Shown here one piece after another: positions 21,382-31,413 of a stretch of DNA of 64,000 nucleotides (position 1 is the first letter of the stretch; each line of letters begins with the position of its first letter). This DNA is from Eubacterium sp. (GTDB lineage Bacteria > Bacillota > Clostridia > Lachnospirales > Lachnospiraceae), in NCBI GenBank assembly GCA_017459345.1, contig JAFUDC010000138.1, forward strand, positions 10,853 through 74,852, given 5' to 3'. Under the pieces are notes generated by a model. That model was given only the letters and a program-made list of their open reading frames with translations, did no database searches and had not been told where the DNA came from. A program made the position numbers and the translations under genes.

Positions 21382-22818
21382 ATGGCGAAAGAAAAGAAGC
21401 TTGTTGAGGCGATTACCGCAATGGACCAGGACTTTGCCCAGTGGTATACGGATGTTGTAACCAGGGCTGACCTGATTGCTTATTCCAATATCAGAGGATG
21501 CATGGTCATCCGTCCGAGAGGCTATGCCCTCTGGGAGAATATCCAGAAGGAACTTGACAGAAGATTTAAAGAGACAGGTGTGGAGAATGTATACCTGCCC
21601 ATGCTCATTCCGGAGCACCTGCTGCAGATGGAGAAGGACCACGTGGAAGGCTTTGCACCCGAGGTTGCCTGGGTTACCATCGGCGGACAGGAAGAGCTTA
21701 CCGAGCGTCTTTGTATTCGTCCCACCTCCGAGACCTTATTCTGCGATCACGTGAAGGATGTGGTTCATTCCTACAGGGATCTTCCTGTTGTATATAATCA
21801 GTGGTGTTCCGTTCTCCGTTGGGAGAAGACCACCCGCCCCTTCCTGCGGTCTGCAGAGTTCTTATGGCAGGAGGGTCATACCTTCCATGCCACACCGGAG
21901 GAGGCAGAGGAGAGAACCATCCAGATGCTCAACGTCTATGCTGATTTCTGTGAAGAAATCCTGGCAATCCCTCTGGTAAAGGGCAAGAAGACAGATAAGG
22001 AGAAGTTTGCTGGAGCAGAGGCCACCTATACTATTGAGGCCCTCATGCATGACGGCAAGGCCCTTCAGTCCGGAACCAGCCATAACTTCGGCTCCGGCTT
22101 TGCAGATGCCTTTGGCATCCAGTACACCAATAAAGAGAATAAATTATCCTCCGTATATGAGACTTCCTGGGGCTTATCCACCCGCATCATCGGTGCTATT
22201 ATCATGGTACATGGCGATGACAGCGGACTGGTGCTTCCCCCACGTATCGCTCCGGTCCAGACCATGATTATCCCCATTCAGCAGAAGAAGGAGGGAGTTC
22301 TTGATAAGGCCTATGAGATTCTTGATCAGCTTAAGGGAGAGTTCTCTGCTAAGCTGGATGCCACGGACAAGTCTCCGGGCTGGAAGTTCAGCGAGCAGGA
22401 GATCCAGGGTATCCCCACCCGTATCGAGATCGGCCCCAAGGATATCGAAAAGAACCAGGCCGTAATTGTCCGCCGTGATACCAGAGAGAAGATCATCGCA
22501 CCCCTTGACCAGTTATCCGAAACCCTGGCTCAGGTGCTGGAAGATATGCAGAAGGATATGTACGACAGGGCCAAGGCCCATCTTGAGGCTAATACTCATG
22601 TAGCCCGCAGCTGGGACGAATTCCAGGAGATCCTGAACAGTAAGCAGGGCTTCATCCGGTCCATGTGGTGCGGCGAGAGAGAATGCGAGGAAGCTATCAA
22701 GGAAGAGACAGGCGCAACAACTCGCTGCATGCCGTTTGAACAGGCAAAGCACGGTGATGTTTGTGTTCACTGCGGCAAGCCGGCCAAAGTGGAGGTATAT
22801 TTCGGCAAGGCATATTAA
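21382..22818 (+). CDS. proS: Prolyl-tRNA synthetase, archaeal/eukaryotic type without the editing insertion
   Basis: [25 protein letters not shown], a C-terminal Cys cluster and the GKAY end. Confidence 0.96.
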   Translation: MAKEKKLVEAITAMDQDFAQWYTDVVTRADLIAYSNIRGCMVIRPRGYALWENIQKELDRRFKETGVENVYLPMLIPEHLLQMEKDHVEGFAPEVAWVTIGGQEELTERLCIRPTSETLFCDHVKDVVHSYRDLPVVYNQWCSVLRWEKTTRPFLRSAEFLWQEGHTFHATPEEAEERTIQMLNVYADFCEEILAIPLVKGKKTDKEKFAGAEATYTIEALMHDGKALQSGTSHNFGSGFADAFGIQYTNKENKLSSVYETSWGLSTRIIGAIIMVHGDDSGLVLPPRIAPVQTMIIPIQQKKEGVLDKAYEILDQLKGEFSAKLDATDKSPGWKFSEQEIQGIPTRIEIGPKDIEKNQAVIVRRDTREKIIAPLDQLSETLAQVLEDMQKDMYDRAKAHLEANTHVARSWDEFQEILNSKQGFIRSMWCGERECEEAIKEETGATTRCMPFEQAKHGDVCVHCGKPAKVEVYFGKAY

Positions 22819-22870
22819 TGTTAGTATATATCAGATAAACGAAAGAAATAATTTCATTACCGGTAAAACG

Positions 22871-22902
22871 AAAATCCCAGAGCTGCTGACTCTGGGATTT
22901 TT
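22871..22902 (+). terminator. Intrinsic terminator after proS
   Basis: AAAATCCCAGAG/CTCTGGGATTTT. Confidence 0.75.
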
Positions 22903-23025
22903 GACTTCTTTCAGGGAACATTATATGGCAGTTAAAAATGGTCTCTGATATTTTGAACCATTTCCCCCACAAATCCCTCTTATATACAGGTGCACCAAAT
23001 ATAATCACTGAAACGAGGTGAGAAG

Positions 23026-23616
23026 ATGAAAACAGATGCCCAACTGGTCCGTATGTGGAAACAGGGCGACAGGTCATCCTTTGATCTGCTCTATGAGAAA
23101 TATAAGAATCTGGCTCTGCGGACAGCCTATCTGATCTGCCGGAAGAAGGAGGACAGTGAGGATATCCTGCAGGAGACCTTTGTCTTATGTCATCTCCACA
23201 TTGAAGAGCTTAAGAAGGAAGGTGAATTCAAATCCTGGATGCTCCGCATCCTTGTGCGCGAAGCTTACAGGATGCTGAAGGAAAAGCAGCGGGAGATTCC
23301 GGATGAGGAGATTGGTCTCAGGCTGTCAGGACAAACGGTCCCGGATATCCTGGACCAGGAGATTGCCCGAGACCAGGAGCTGACAATCCTCAGTGCCATT
23401 GACCAGCTCTCACCAAACCACAGGCTGGCAGTGATTCTCTACTATTATGATGAGCTCTCGGTAAAGGAGATTGCCAGGGTGACCGGTTGTCTGGAAGGTA
23501 CTGTGAAATCGAGGCTGTATTTTGCCAGAAGGAAACTCAGATCGATATTGGAAAAGGAGGCTGATTATGAGAAGAGATGGATTGGACCGACAGATCAGGC
23601 TCATGTTAAAGGATGA
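23026..23616 (+). CDS. ECF RNA polymerase sigma factor
   Basis: EDILQETF, FKSWMLRI and region 4 LSVKEIA...GTVKSRLYFAR. Confidence 0.9.
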   Translation: MKTDAQLVRMWKQGDRSSFDLLYEKYKNLALRTAYLICRKKEDSEDILQETFVLCHLHIEELKKEGEFKSWMLRILVREAYRMLKEKQREIPDEEIGLRLSGQTVPDILDQEIARDQELTILSAIDQLSPNHRLAVILYYYDELSVKEIARVTGCLEGTVKSRLYFARRKLRSILEKEADYEKRWIGPTDQAHVKG

Positions 23617-24445
23617 AACAAGGCATATAAAAGCCGATGATTCTGTCAAGGCACTGATCGACTTGAAGATTGATATGGAGGAAATGGAAATGAATAATAA
23701 TAGTACAGGAAATCATGAAAAAGAGAAGACAGCTCCCGCTGCAGCTAATGCAGGCAGGAAGACCGGTAAAATATTTAAATCGAGTATAATAAATATAAAG
23801 AGAATTGCTGCGGCCGCAGCTCTGATCTGCCTGCTGGTCCCGATGGGTCTTCTGGCTTCCGGAAAAATCAGCTGGTATGTATCAAGCACAAAACCGGGAG
23901 AGTATGGAGAGTCAGAAAGCTGGAATGACCTGAAGAAGATGGAGAAGAAGGTGGGATTTAAATCAGGTGCCATCGAGAAGTTTTCCAACGGCTTCCTCTT
24001 TGATAATATGAGTACCACTGCCTTTGATGGCAAGGATGACTCCGGAAACACCCTTTCTCATACTAAAGAGCTGATGATTGAATATAAGAGGGGGGAAGAG
24101 GAAGTTACCTGTTACTTCGAAAAGTCAGGCCATACTGCTGATTCCGGTGAAGAAAGCAGCAGAAAAGCAGAAGATAAGAGTATATATAAGGGCATTGAAC
24201 TTAACTACTATGTGGATACTTATAAATTTGTCCCCACAGACTATAAGCTGACACAGGAGGATAAGGATATGGAAGAGCAGAATCCGGACAGCTTCTTTAT
24301 CTCCTATGGTACAGATGAGGTTGAGCTTAGGAAATATTCTTATGTGAACTGGGAAAAGGAAGGGATAAGGTATTCCCTAAGCGCTTTTGATACAAAGATG
24401 ACTTCGGATGAGATGTTTGCCATGGCTGAGGAGATGGTAAAGTAA
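23567..24445 (+). CDS. Putative membrane anti-sigma factor
   Basis: Overlaps the ECF gene; short cytoplasmic N-terminus, one TM helix (IAAAAALICLLVPMGLLA) and an extracytoplasmic domain. Confidence 0.65.
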   Translation: MRRDGLDRQIRLMLKDETRHIKADDSVKALIDLKIDMEEMEMNNNSTGNHEKEKTAPAAANAGRKTGKIFKSSIINIKRIAAAAALICLLVPMGLLASGKISWYVSSTKPGEYGESESWNDLKKMEKKVGFKSGAIEKFSNGFLFDNMSTTAFDGKDDSGNTLSHTKELMIEYKRGEEEVTCYFEKSGHTADSGEESSRKAEDKSIYKGIELNYYVDTYKFVPTDYKLTQEDKDMEEQNPDSFFISYGTDEVELRKYSYVNWEKEGIRYSLSAFDTKMTSDEMFAMAEEMVK

Positions 24446-24466
24446 GTAACTGACTATTTAAGTGAA

Positions 24467-24517
24467 TAACAGACGAAACGAAAAGGGCCGGTATGGCCCT
24501 TTTCGTTTCGTCTGTTA
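24467..24517. terminator. Long perfect hairpin (terminator) between the ECF pair and the deoC locus
   Basis: 23-bp perfect inverted repeat TAACAGACGAAACGAAAAGGGCC with a 5-nt loop. Confidence 0.7.
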
Positions 24518-24551
24518 GTGACTTATATAGTTAATCTCACTGCAAATTATA

Positions 24552-24561
24552 TGACATGTCA
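24552..24561. promoter_or_regulatory. Palindrome TGACATGTCA, candidate operator upstream of deoC paralog 1
   Basis: Perfect 10-bp palindrome; near-copies lie upstream of deoC paralog 3 (29490, 29538). Confidence 0.4.
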
Positions 24562-24739
24562 AATTAAAAAAATCCCCTATTCCACAAGAAATCAAATAAT
24601 ATCACATGAACATATAATGATATCACCTATATCAAATTATCAAGGTATAGTATGGTATATACATCAGATTCGATTGTGACTCTCCTTCTGAAAGGGGAGT
24701 TGGTTCACTGCAATTAGTAAAGATAAGGAGGTATATGTG

Positions 24740-25465
24740 ATGGTTGATTTATCAAAGATGACTAAATGGGATATGGGTAAGCTGTTTGATTTTTCTATCT
24801 TACCAAAACAGACAACTGAGGCTGAAATCCGCCATGGCTGTGATCTGGCAAAACAGTATAACTGCAAGGCATTCTGTTTTTCCTCTTCCGAATGGACACC
24901 TATCGTAGCAGAGGAACTGGCCGGGACAGATATCATGGTAGGGGCGGCAATCGGATTCCCCTTTGGTCAGCAGTCCAGTGCAGTCAAGGCCTTCGAGACG
25001 GAGGAGGCAGTACGTCTGGGTGCTACTGTTCTGGATAATTGCATGAATGTTGGAGATCTTAAGGATAAGAAGTACGATAAGATTCTTGCCGAATTCAAGG
25101 ATTATGTGGATGCTGCCCAGGGTGTTATGACCAAGATGATTATCGAGACCTGCTTCCTTACCAAAGAAGAGATTGTGACGGCGACAAAACTTGTCTGTGA
25201 GGCTGGCATTGACTGGGTGAAGACTTCCACAGGCCAGTATGCAGGGCCTTCTGTTCAGGATGTTATGCTGATGGTCGATGCATGTAAGGGCACCAAGACT
25301 AAGGTCAAGGTTGCCGGTGTCAAGGATCCGAGGCCTCAGAATGCCTTCTGCTTTTTCCAGGCCGGGGCTGAGCTGATTGGAACCCGGGCAGCCATGGAAA
25401 TCATTGACGCAGTGGATGATCTCAGGAAGATCGGCCTGATTCCTGCATATGTGGGTGATAAATAA
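24740..25465 (+). CDS. Divergent DeoC/DERA-family class I aldolase, paralog 1
   Basis: GFPFG, LDNCMNVG, KMIIETC, Schiff-base Lys in WVKTSTG, KVAGV and GAELIGTR. Confidence 0.85.
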   Translation: MVDLSKMTKWDMGKLFDFSILPKQTTEAEIRHGCDLAKQYNCKAFCFSSSEWTPIVAEELAGTDIMVGAAIGFPFGQQSSAVKAFETEEAVRLGATVLDNCMNVGDLKDKKYDKILAEFKDYVDAAQGVMTKMIIETCFLTKEEIVTATKLVCEAGIDWVKTSTGQYAGPSVQDVMLMVDACKGTKTKVKVAGVKDPRPQNAFCFFQAGAELIGTRAAMEIIDAVDDLRKIGLIPAYVGDK

Positions 25466-25527
25466 ATCGGGCACCCGACGACAATAGTCACAAAAACACT
25501 ACCCCATTTTTAAAGGAGGAATGAGAT

Positions 25528-26253
25528 ATGATTGATTTTACCAAGGTTAAAGATAAGAGAGCAGTTGGAAAGTTCTTTGATTATGCCATCCTGCCCAAGC
25601 AGACCACGGAGGCTGAGATTCGTTATCACTGCAAGAAAGCCATTGAGTATAATTGCAAGGCTTTCTGCTTCTCTTCCGACTACTGGACTCCTGTAGTTAA
25701 GGAGGAGCTTGAGGGTACAGATCTTCTGATCGGGGCTGCGATTGGCTTTCCTTTTGGACAGCAGGATAATCTGACCAAGTGCTTCGAGACGGAGAATGCA
25801 GTGAGACTTGGTGCCACTGTGCTTGACTGCTGTATGAATGTGGGAGATCTGAAGGATAAGAAGTATGACAAGGTTCTTCAGGATTTTAAGGACTATGTGA
25901 AGGCTGCCCAGGGCGTTATGACCAAGATGATTATTGAGACCTGTTATCTGACCCCGGAAGAGATCACCACTGCATCCAAGCTGGTGGCCGAGGCCGGGAT
26001 TGACTGGGTCAAATCTGCTTCCGGTCAGTATGATGGAACGACTGTGGATGAGTGCCTGCTTATGGTTGATGCCGTAAAGGGATCCGACTGTAAGGTTAAG
26101 GTTTCCGGCGTGAAGTTCCCTCGTCCGCAGAATGCCTATGTATTCTTCAGGGCAGGGGCAGAGCTGATTGGTACACGTTCGGCTCCGGATATCATCGATC
26201 ATTTTGATATGATGCGCCAGATTGGTATTATTCCTCCCTATGAGGGAGACTGA
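25528..26253 (+). CDS. Divergent DeoC/DERA-family aldolase, paralog 2
   Basis: GFPFG, LDCCMNVG, WVKSASG, KVSGV and LIGTR; tandem with and closely similar to paralog 1. Confidence 0.85.
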   Translation: MIDFTKVKDKRAVGKFFDYAILPKQTTEAEIRYHCKKAIEYNCKAFCFSSDYWTPVVKEELEGTDLLIGAAIGFPFGQQDNLTKCFETENAVRLGATVLDCCMNVGDLKDKKYDKVLQDFKDYVKAAQGVMTKMIIETCYLTPEEITTASKLVAEAGIDWVKSASGQYDGTTVDECLLMVDAVKGSDCKVKVSGVKFPRPQNAYVFFRAGAELIGTRSAPDIIDHFDMMRQIGIIPPYEGD

Positions 26254-26383
26254 TGCAAGATGAACATAAACCGTACAGGAGATTCTTAGACATTCCATAC
26301 AGTTTATATAGATAAAAGCAAACTGTTCAGGGAGCTGAACAGTTAAGATAAATATAAAAAGAAGTATTAAAGGGGGTAACAAA

Positions 26384-27901
26384 ATGGCTAAGTATTTAGT
26401 AGGACTTGACGGTGGAACCACAGGCTGTAAGACCTGTATCTTTGACCTGGAAGGAAAACTGATCGGCAGTGATTACAGGGAGTATCCCTGCTACTATCCA
26501 CATCCGGGCTGGGTTGAGCAGATCAAAGAGGATCTTCTTCCTGCATTCTATGACAGCATCAAGGCTGCCATCAACAATTCCGGAATTGATCCTGCAGATA
26601 TCATCGGCTTCGGCTTCTCCAGCCAGGGTTCCGTAATCGGTCTTCTGGATGAAGACGGCGAGCTGATTCGTCCATGGGTCGGCTGGCAGGATTTGAGAAG
26701 TGAGGGAGAAGGCGTTCAGTATCTTCTGGACAGAAAAGACAGAAGCGAGATCTATAAGCTGACCGGTGATCCTGTGGGAACCACATTCTCCAATGGGAAG
26801 CTGGCATGGCTTAAGCTTCATGAGCCGGAGAACTGGGAAAAGACCGCCATGTTCTCCACCATGCAGGATTATTTCCTGAAGAAATTCGGTGCTGACGGAT
26901 ATTACACCGACTATTCCTCTGCTTCCCGTGAAGGTATGATGGATATCGACAATAACTGCTGGTCCAAAGAGATGCATGATATTCTTGGTATTCCTCTGTC
27001 CAAGAGAGCTGAGATTGTTCATGAGCCAGGTAAGATTGTTGGCTACATCGGTGAAGAAGTATCCGCATTAAGCGGACTCCCGGTTGGAACCCCGATCTGT
27101 ATGGGCGCACACGATCAGAACTGCTGTACATTTGGTGCCGGTGCTGTGGATGATGGACAGGCTGTACTGGTTATGGGTACATTCGGCTCCTGCTTCGTAG
27201 TATCTGACAAGTCCATCCGTGACCCCAAGGAGAGACTGGTTGTAAAGGGTAACCATGGATGCGGAAACTACACTATCGAGGCCTTCTCCAACACAGCAGC
27301 TTCCTCCTATCGCTGGTATAGGGATACCTTCTGCGATTATGAGAAATTAAAAGGTGAGGAGACAGGAAAAGACCCATACGATCTGATCAATGAGCAGATT
27401 GAAACATCCCCTATCGGTGCAAATGGCGTAACCTTCCTCTCCTTCCTTCAGGGTGCTGCAGGTGCCAGAATCAATGGTAATGCGAGAGGAACCTTTGTAG
27501 GTATGACCCTGGGAACCAGGAAGGCAGATATGGCCCGTGCGGTTATGGAAGGCATCTGCTATGAAATGTACGACATCATCCGGGCAGAAGAAGACTCCGG
27601 AATCAAGATTGACAAGATCCGTCTTGCCGGCGGTGCAGCCAAATCTCCGCTCTGGTGCCAGATGATGGCTGATATCTTCAAACATCCTATCCAGATTCTT
27701 GAGAATGGCGAGGCCGGATGTCTTGGTGCCGCTTTGTATGCAGGTGTAGGCGTTGGCGCATACAAGGATTGCCATGAGGCAGCCAAGGTTGCCCGCACAA
27801 CCAAGGAGTACACGCCGAATCCGGATAACTTTGAAGCATATGACGCTGCATACAAGAGATTCTGCGATGTTTATGATGCATTAGACGGAAAGATCTTCTA
27901 A
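26384..27901 (+). CDS. FGGY-family carbohydrate kinase
   Basis: GLDGGTTGCK, HPGWVEQ, GAHDQ, MARAVMEG and GGAAKSPLWCQMMAD. Confidence 0.88.
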   Translation: MAKYLVGLDGGTTGCKTCIFDLEGKLIGSDYREYPCYYPHPGWVEQIKEDLLPAFYDSIKAAINNSGIDPADIIGFGFSSQGSVIGLLDEDGELIRPWVGWQDLRSEGEGVQYLLDRKDRSEIYKLTGDPVGTTFSNGKLAWLKLHEPENWEKTAMFSTMQDYFLKKFGADGYYTDYSSASREGMMDIDNNCWSKEMHDILGIPLSKRAEIVHEPGKIVGYIGEEVSALSGLPVGTPICMGAHDQNCCTFGAGAVDDGQAVLVMGTFGSCFVVSDKSIRDPKERLVVKGNHGCGNYTIEAFSNTAASSYRWYRDTFCDYEKLKGEETGKDPYDLINEQIETSPIGANGVTFLSFLQGAAGARINGNARGTFVGMTLGTRKADMARAVMEGICYEMYDIIRAEEDSGIKIDKIRLAGGAAKSPLWCQMMADIFKHPIQILENGEAGCLGAALYAGVGVGAYKDCHEAAKVARTTKEYTPNPDNFEAYDAAYKRFCDVYDALDGKIF

Positions 27902-27990
27902 GCATGGTTTACAGGTCTGTTAATAGGAGGTCAGAGCTTTAGATGCCAAGATGGCAAGGGCTTTCCTGATTCAGAACAGATTAGAAAAAG

Positions 27991-28042
27991 GCTGCCCGGC
28001 AGATTGCCTGTATGTTATTTGCCGGACAGCTTCATTATTTTT
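27991..28042 (+). terminator. Possible terminator hairpin between the kinase and the transaldolase-like gene
   Basis: GCTGCCCGGCA...TGCCGGACAGC imperfect stem followed by a T-rich tract. Confidence 0.4.
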
Positions 28043-28154
28043 AGTAGAAGAGAAGCCGATTTCGTCCGTGAATGCGTAAGCAGGAACGGGTTCGGAATCG
28101 AGCATCCGAACGAATTTGTTAGCAATAAAACATACGTTTTTAGAGGAGTAAAAG

Positions 28155-29456
28155 ATGATTAATGTGAATTTAAGCTCTCTGGGTCTTCCGGCAGTCAGAG
28201 GAGAGGAAGCATTTGTTGAACGTGTAAAGGATATGCCGATCTGTATCAATGATTATAAAGACCTTAGCGCAATTGCAAGGTTTGTGGGAGTGACTGACCA
28301 GTTTAAGGATGTCATTACCACATTTGATACACCGGAAGGGGAGACCCCTGCAGGCTTCAGAAGAGAGCTTACTTTAGACAGCGACCAGGTAGTAAGAGTT
28401 GATCTTGTCAGGGATATTTCCTATGACAAGAATGGAATCTTACGTCCGACCAGCGTCCTGTTCTCCGCCGACAGTGCCAACCCATATGAAGTGGAACCCA
28501 TCAGTCCGCTGATTTCCAACCTGACCTGCAATCCGGGAATCATCTATGATCTTTTCATCAATAATCCCAAGGCCAATGTTGGGAAAAAATATGAAACCCG
28601 TGATGAGGTAATGGGAGAGATTTCCCGGATCTTAGGACCCGGTTGTGATATCAGCGTGGAGCTGAACAATCCATTTGAGGAGGACTTTAGCAAGATTCTC
28701 GAGGAGGTTCAGAAGTTTGAGGAAATGTTCTCCAAGTATCGTCTGGTAGTGAAGGTCCCCCATACAGGAGCCGTGACACCGGAGAATGTCGGCCAGCTTC
28801 TTACTGGCAACAAGAAGCTGGATGCCAGATACGACACGGTGGGAACAGGCAATGCTCTTCGGGGCCATAACCTTGCTTTAAAGCTGCAGCAGAAGGGATA
28901 CCGCGTAAACTTCACCCTGATGTTTGAGCCCTTCCAGACCCTGATGGCCCTGCAGGCCAGACCTTATTTTATTAACACCTTCTTAAGACATCGTCTGGTT
29001 CAGTCTACGAATATTCAGAAGTTTGTAAAGCAGTACGAAGCTTCCAAAGATACCAAGGCTCTGGAATCCTTAAGAGATTACTTTATTGCCAATGACTATT
29101 ATACAGAGGCTGATAAGGATATGCCGCTTTCGGAAGTCCTGAAGTTTGGCAGGGATCTGATCAAGTACCGTCATTTCGAAGATGCCCAGGGCAGCGATGG
29201 CCTCGATGGCATGCGCCACAACCTGAGAGTGCTTAAGAACAGCAATTTGGAGGATACCCGACTGATCGTATGCTCCATGGAAGGACCATACAACTATCCG
29301 GATATCGACAAGCTGCTGGCTGAGCCTGAGTTCATCGAGATGAATAAGAAGGTTGTTATTACCGCTGAGCCTAATTATCTGGCGAGATTTACATCCACCA
29401 ACCAGGTAATCAGCTATCAGAGAAGATTCATGAACGCTGCCAACGGGCAGAAATAG
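28155..29456 (+). CDS. Transaldolase/FSA-family protein, unusually long
   Basis: LTCNPGI (TTNP-like), VVKVP (Schiff-base Lys) and VNFTLMF (NxTL motif); about 100-residue N-terminal extension and an internal insertion. Confidence 0.75.
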   Translation: MINVNLSSLGLPAVRGEEAFVERVKDMPICINDYKDLSAIARFVGVTDQFKDVITTFDTPEGETPAGFRRELTLDSDQVVRVDLVRDISYDKNGILRPTSVLFSADSANPYEVEPISPLISNLTCNPGIIYDLFINNPKANVGKKYETRDEVMGEISRILGPGCDISVELNNPFEEDFSKILEEVQKFEEMFSKYRLVVKVPHTGAVTPENVGQLLTGNKKLDARYDTVGTGNALRGHNLALKLQQKGYRVNFTLMFEPFQTLMALQARPYFINTFLRHRLVQSTNIQKFVKQYEASKDTKALESLRDYFIANDYYTEADKDMPLSEVLKFGRDLIKYRHFEDAQGSDGLDGMRHNLRVLKNSNLEDTRLIVCSMEGPYNYPDIDKLLAEPEFIEMNKKVVITAEPNYLARFTSTNQVISYQRRFMNAANGQK

Positions 29457-29488
29457 GAAAAACGAATGCTGTAATTTGATGAATCAGA

Positions 29489-29547
29489 TTGACATGTATA
29501 TACAAGTATGATATAATACAAATAACTTAATATCTGATAACATGTCA
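29489..29547 (+). promoter_or_regulatory. Consensus promoter of deoC paralog 3 with two TGACATGTCA-like sites
   Basis: TTGACA(29489)-17 nt-TATAAT(29512) with an extended TG. TGACATGTAT overlaps the -35 box and TAACATGTCA lies at 29538-29547. Confidence 0.65.
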
Positions 29548-29682
29548 TAAACAATTGTGCATAAGCAGAAATCTCCAAAGAGTTAAAAAAGACATGCCGA
29601 TAATATCATATCACATATAAAAGAGATGGGTAATGTACTATAGTTAAGACAGCCTTAAAACTAATCTAAGAAGGAGGTTATT

Positions 29683-30405
29683 ATGGTAGATTTATCTAAG
29701 TACAACAAAGAAAACATTGGTAAACTCTTTGACTACTCTGTTCTGCCAAAGAATTCCGATGAAGCTGCCATCCGCAAAGGCTGTAAGGAAGCAGTGCAGT
29801 ATAATTGTGCGGCTTTCTATCCATCCAGCCCTTACTGGCTGCCGGTGATCACGGAAGAACTGGCAGGAAGCGATGTCCTTCCGGCAGCTGCAATCGCATT
29901 CCCCTTTGGAAGTGCCACTGCGGCAACCAAGGGATTTGAGACAGAGGAAGCCATCCGTCTGGGTGCAAAATCTGTGGATACCTGCCTGAATGTAGGTGCC
30001 CTCAAGGATGGTAAATATGACGTGATCCGGGAAGAGCTTCGCGTGTTCAAAGAGGCTGCTCAGGGTGCACTTACAAAGTACATTCTTGAAACCTGTTTCC
30101 TGACAGACGATGAGATCCGGGCTGCCTGCGAGCTGGTTGCAGAGGCCGGTCTTGATTATGCCAAGACTGCCAGCGGACAGTTTGAGGGGCCATCCATGGA
30201 ACAGTTCCTGATCATGAAAGAGACCTTAAAGGGAACACCGGTTAAATTAAAGGTTGCCGGAGTTAAGTTCCCGAGACCGCAGAATGCCTATGCATTTATT
30301 ATGGCCGGCGCAGACCTGATCGGGACAAGGGCAGCCCCTCAGATGATTGATGCATTAGATCAGATCAGAGAGATCGGACTGATTCCGCCTTATAAGCCGG
30401 AATAA
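29683..30405 (+). CDS. Divergent DeoC/DERA-family aldolase, paralog 3
   Basis: AFPFG, VDTCLNVG, YAKTASG, KVAGVKFPRPQNA and LIGTR. Confidence 0.85.
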   Translation: MVDLSKYNKENIGKLFDYSVLPKNSDEAAIRKGCKEAVQYNCAAFYPSSPYWLPVITEELAGSDVLPAAAIAFPFGSATAATKGFETEEAIRLGAKSVDTCLNVGALKDGKYDVIREELRVFKEAAQGALTKYILETCFLTDDEIRAACELVAEAGLDYAKTASGQFEGPSMEQFLIMKETLKGTPVKLKVAGVKFPRPQNAYAFIMAGADLIGTRAAPQMIDALDQIREIGLIPPYKPE

Positions 30406-30579
30406 ATTAGATAATGTATTGAGGGGACTTGCAGGTATCGGGAGATCATTGATGTTTCGATACCTGCTGCTTTATAAGATCATTGAGATGATTCCCATTT
30501 GAATTCCGATTGTGACACCCCTTTTTTCAAGGGGAGAGAGCTCGGTTAGGATTGATAGTAATTAGCAAAGGTTTATGGT

Positions 30580-31413
30580 ATGAGTATGAGCGGGCTGATA
30601 AAAAATCTCACAAACAAGATCGAGAAAAGAGAGTTTCTTGTGGCAGCAGGCGTGGATAACCTGGAGGATGAAAAAAAGTGCACTCAGGCAGGCAGTGATT
30701 TCATCCTGTTATATCCGACTTCCCGCTACCTCAATGCAGTAAACAGGTTCCTGGCCGGATTCATCGCTCTGGGTAATACAAATCAGATGATGATAAAAAC
30801 AGCAGATAACCTGATGCCTTTTCTAAAAAGCAGGGAACTATTTGCCGGGATTAATGCCACAGATCCTTTTATCATTGATTCAATCTTACTGAAAACCATA
30901 AAATCCTACCGGTTTGCCGGTGTCCATAATTATCCTACCATGGCCTTGATTGATGGAGAATTTGGTGCCAATATCAATGCATCAGGCTTTGGCTTTGAGA
31001 AGGAACTGATTTTTTTTGAGAAGGCAAAAGCGGAAGGCCTGTTTACCTGTGCCATGGTAAGAAATATGAAACAGGCCATGCAGATGGCAAAGATGAATGT
31101 GGATATCATCATATTTTATCTCGGCTTTGGGGAGAGAGCATATTCCGGACAGAAGGACAGCTCTTCACGTACAAAAAAGGATGTGGACAGTTTAAAACGA
31201 CTCACTGCAGCTGTCCGCAAGGTGAATCAGGATACCATACTCCTCTTTCACAGTGAGAGAGTTTCCGATGTGGAAGAAATCAGAGTCATTGCCCGGGAGG
31301 TGCCTGATATAGACGGCTACTATGTTCTGTGCCTTGGTGATAAAGGTTTATTCGAGAAAAATCTTGATATGGTAATCAGTAATATCAAAACGATCAGGAG
31401 TGGGGATCTATGA
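30580..31413 (+). CDS. TIM-barrel signal-transduction (PEP hydrolase-like) protein, stand-alone
   Basis: GINATDPF and FAGVHNYPTMALIDG..F...GFGFEKE match the family pattern also seen in the next gene. Confidence 0.7.
   Translation: MSMSGLIKNLTNKIEKREFLVAAGVDNLEDEKKCTQAGSDFILLYPTSRYLNAVNRFLAGFIALGNTNQMMIKTADNLMPFLKSRELFAGINATDPFIIDSILLKTIKSYRFAGVHNYPTMALIDGEFGANINASGFGFEKELIFFEKAKAEGLFTCAMVRNMKQAMQMAKMNVDIIIFYLGFGERAYSGQKDSSSRTKKDVDSLKRLTAAVRKVNQDTILLFHSERVSDVEEIRVIAREVPDIDGYYVLCLGDKGLFEKNLDMVISNIKTIRSGDL

Noticed and set aside
23026-24445. ECF sigma/anti-sigma pair as a novel system
   Set aside because: The architecture is ordinary and no target promoter could be identified in the window.
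28054-28117. Short similarity (GCGTAAGCA, AGCCGA(A)TTT) between the leader of the transaldolase-like gene and 57148-57205
   Set aside because: The matches are only 9-10 nt, occur in opposite order and share no evident structure; probably chance.
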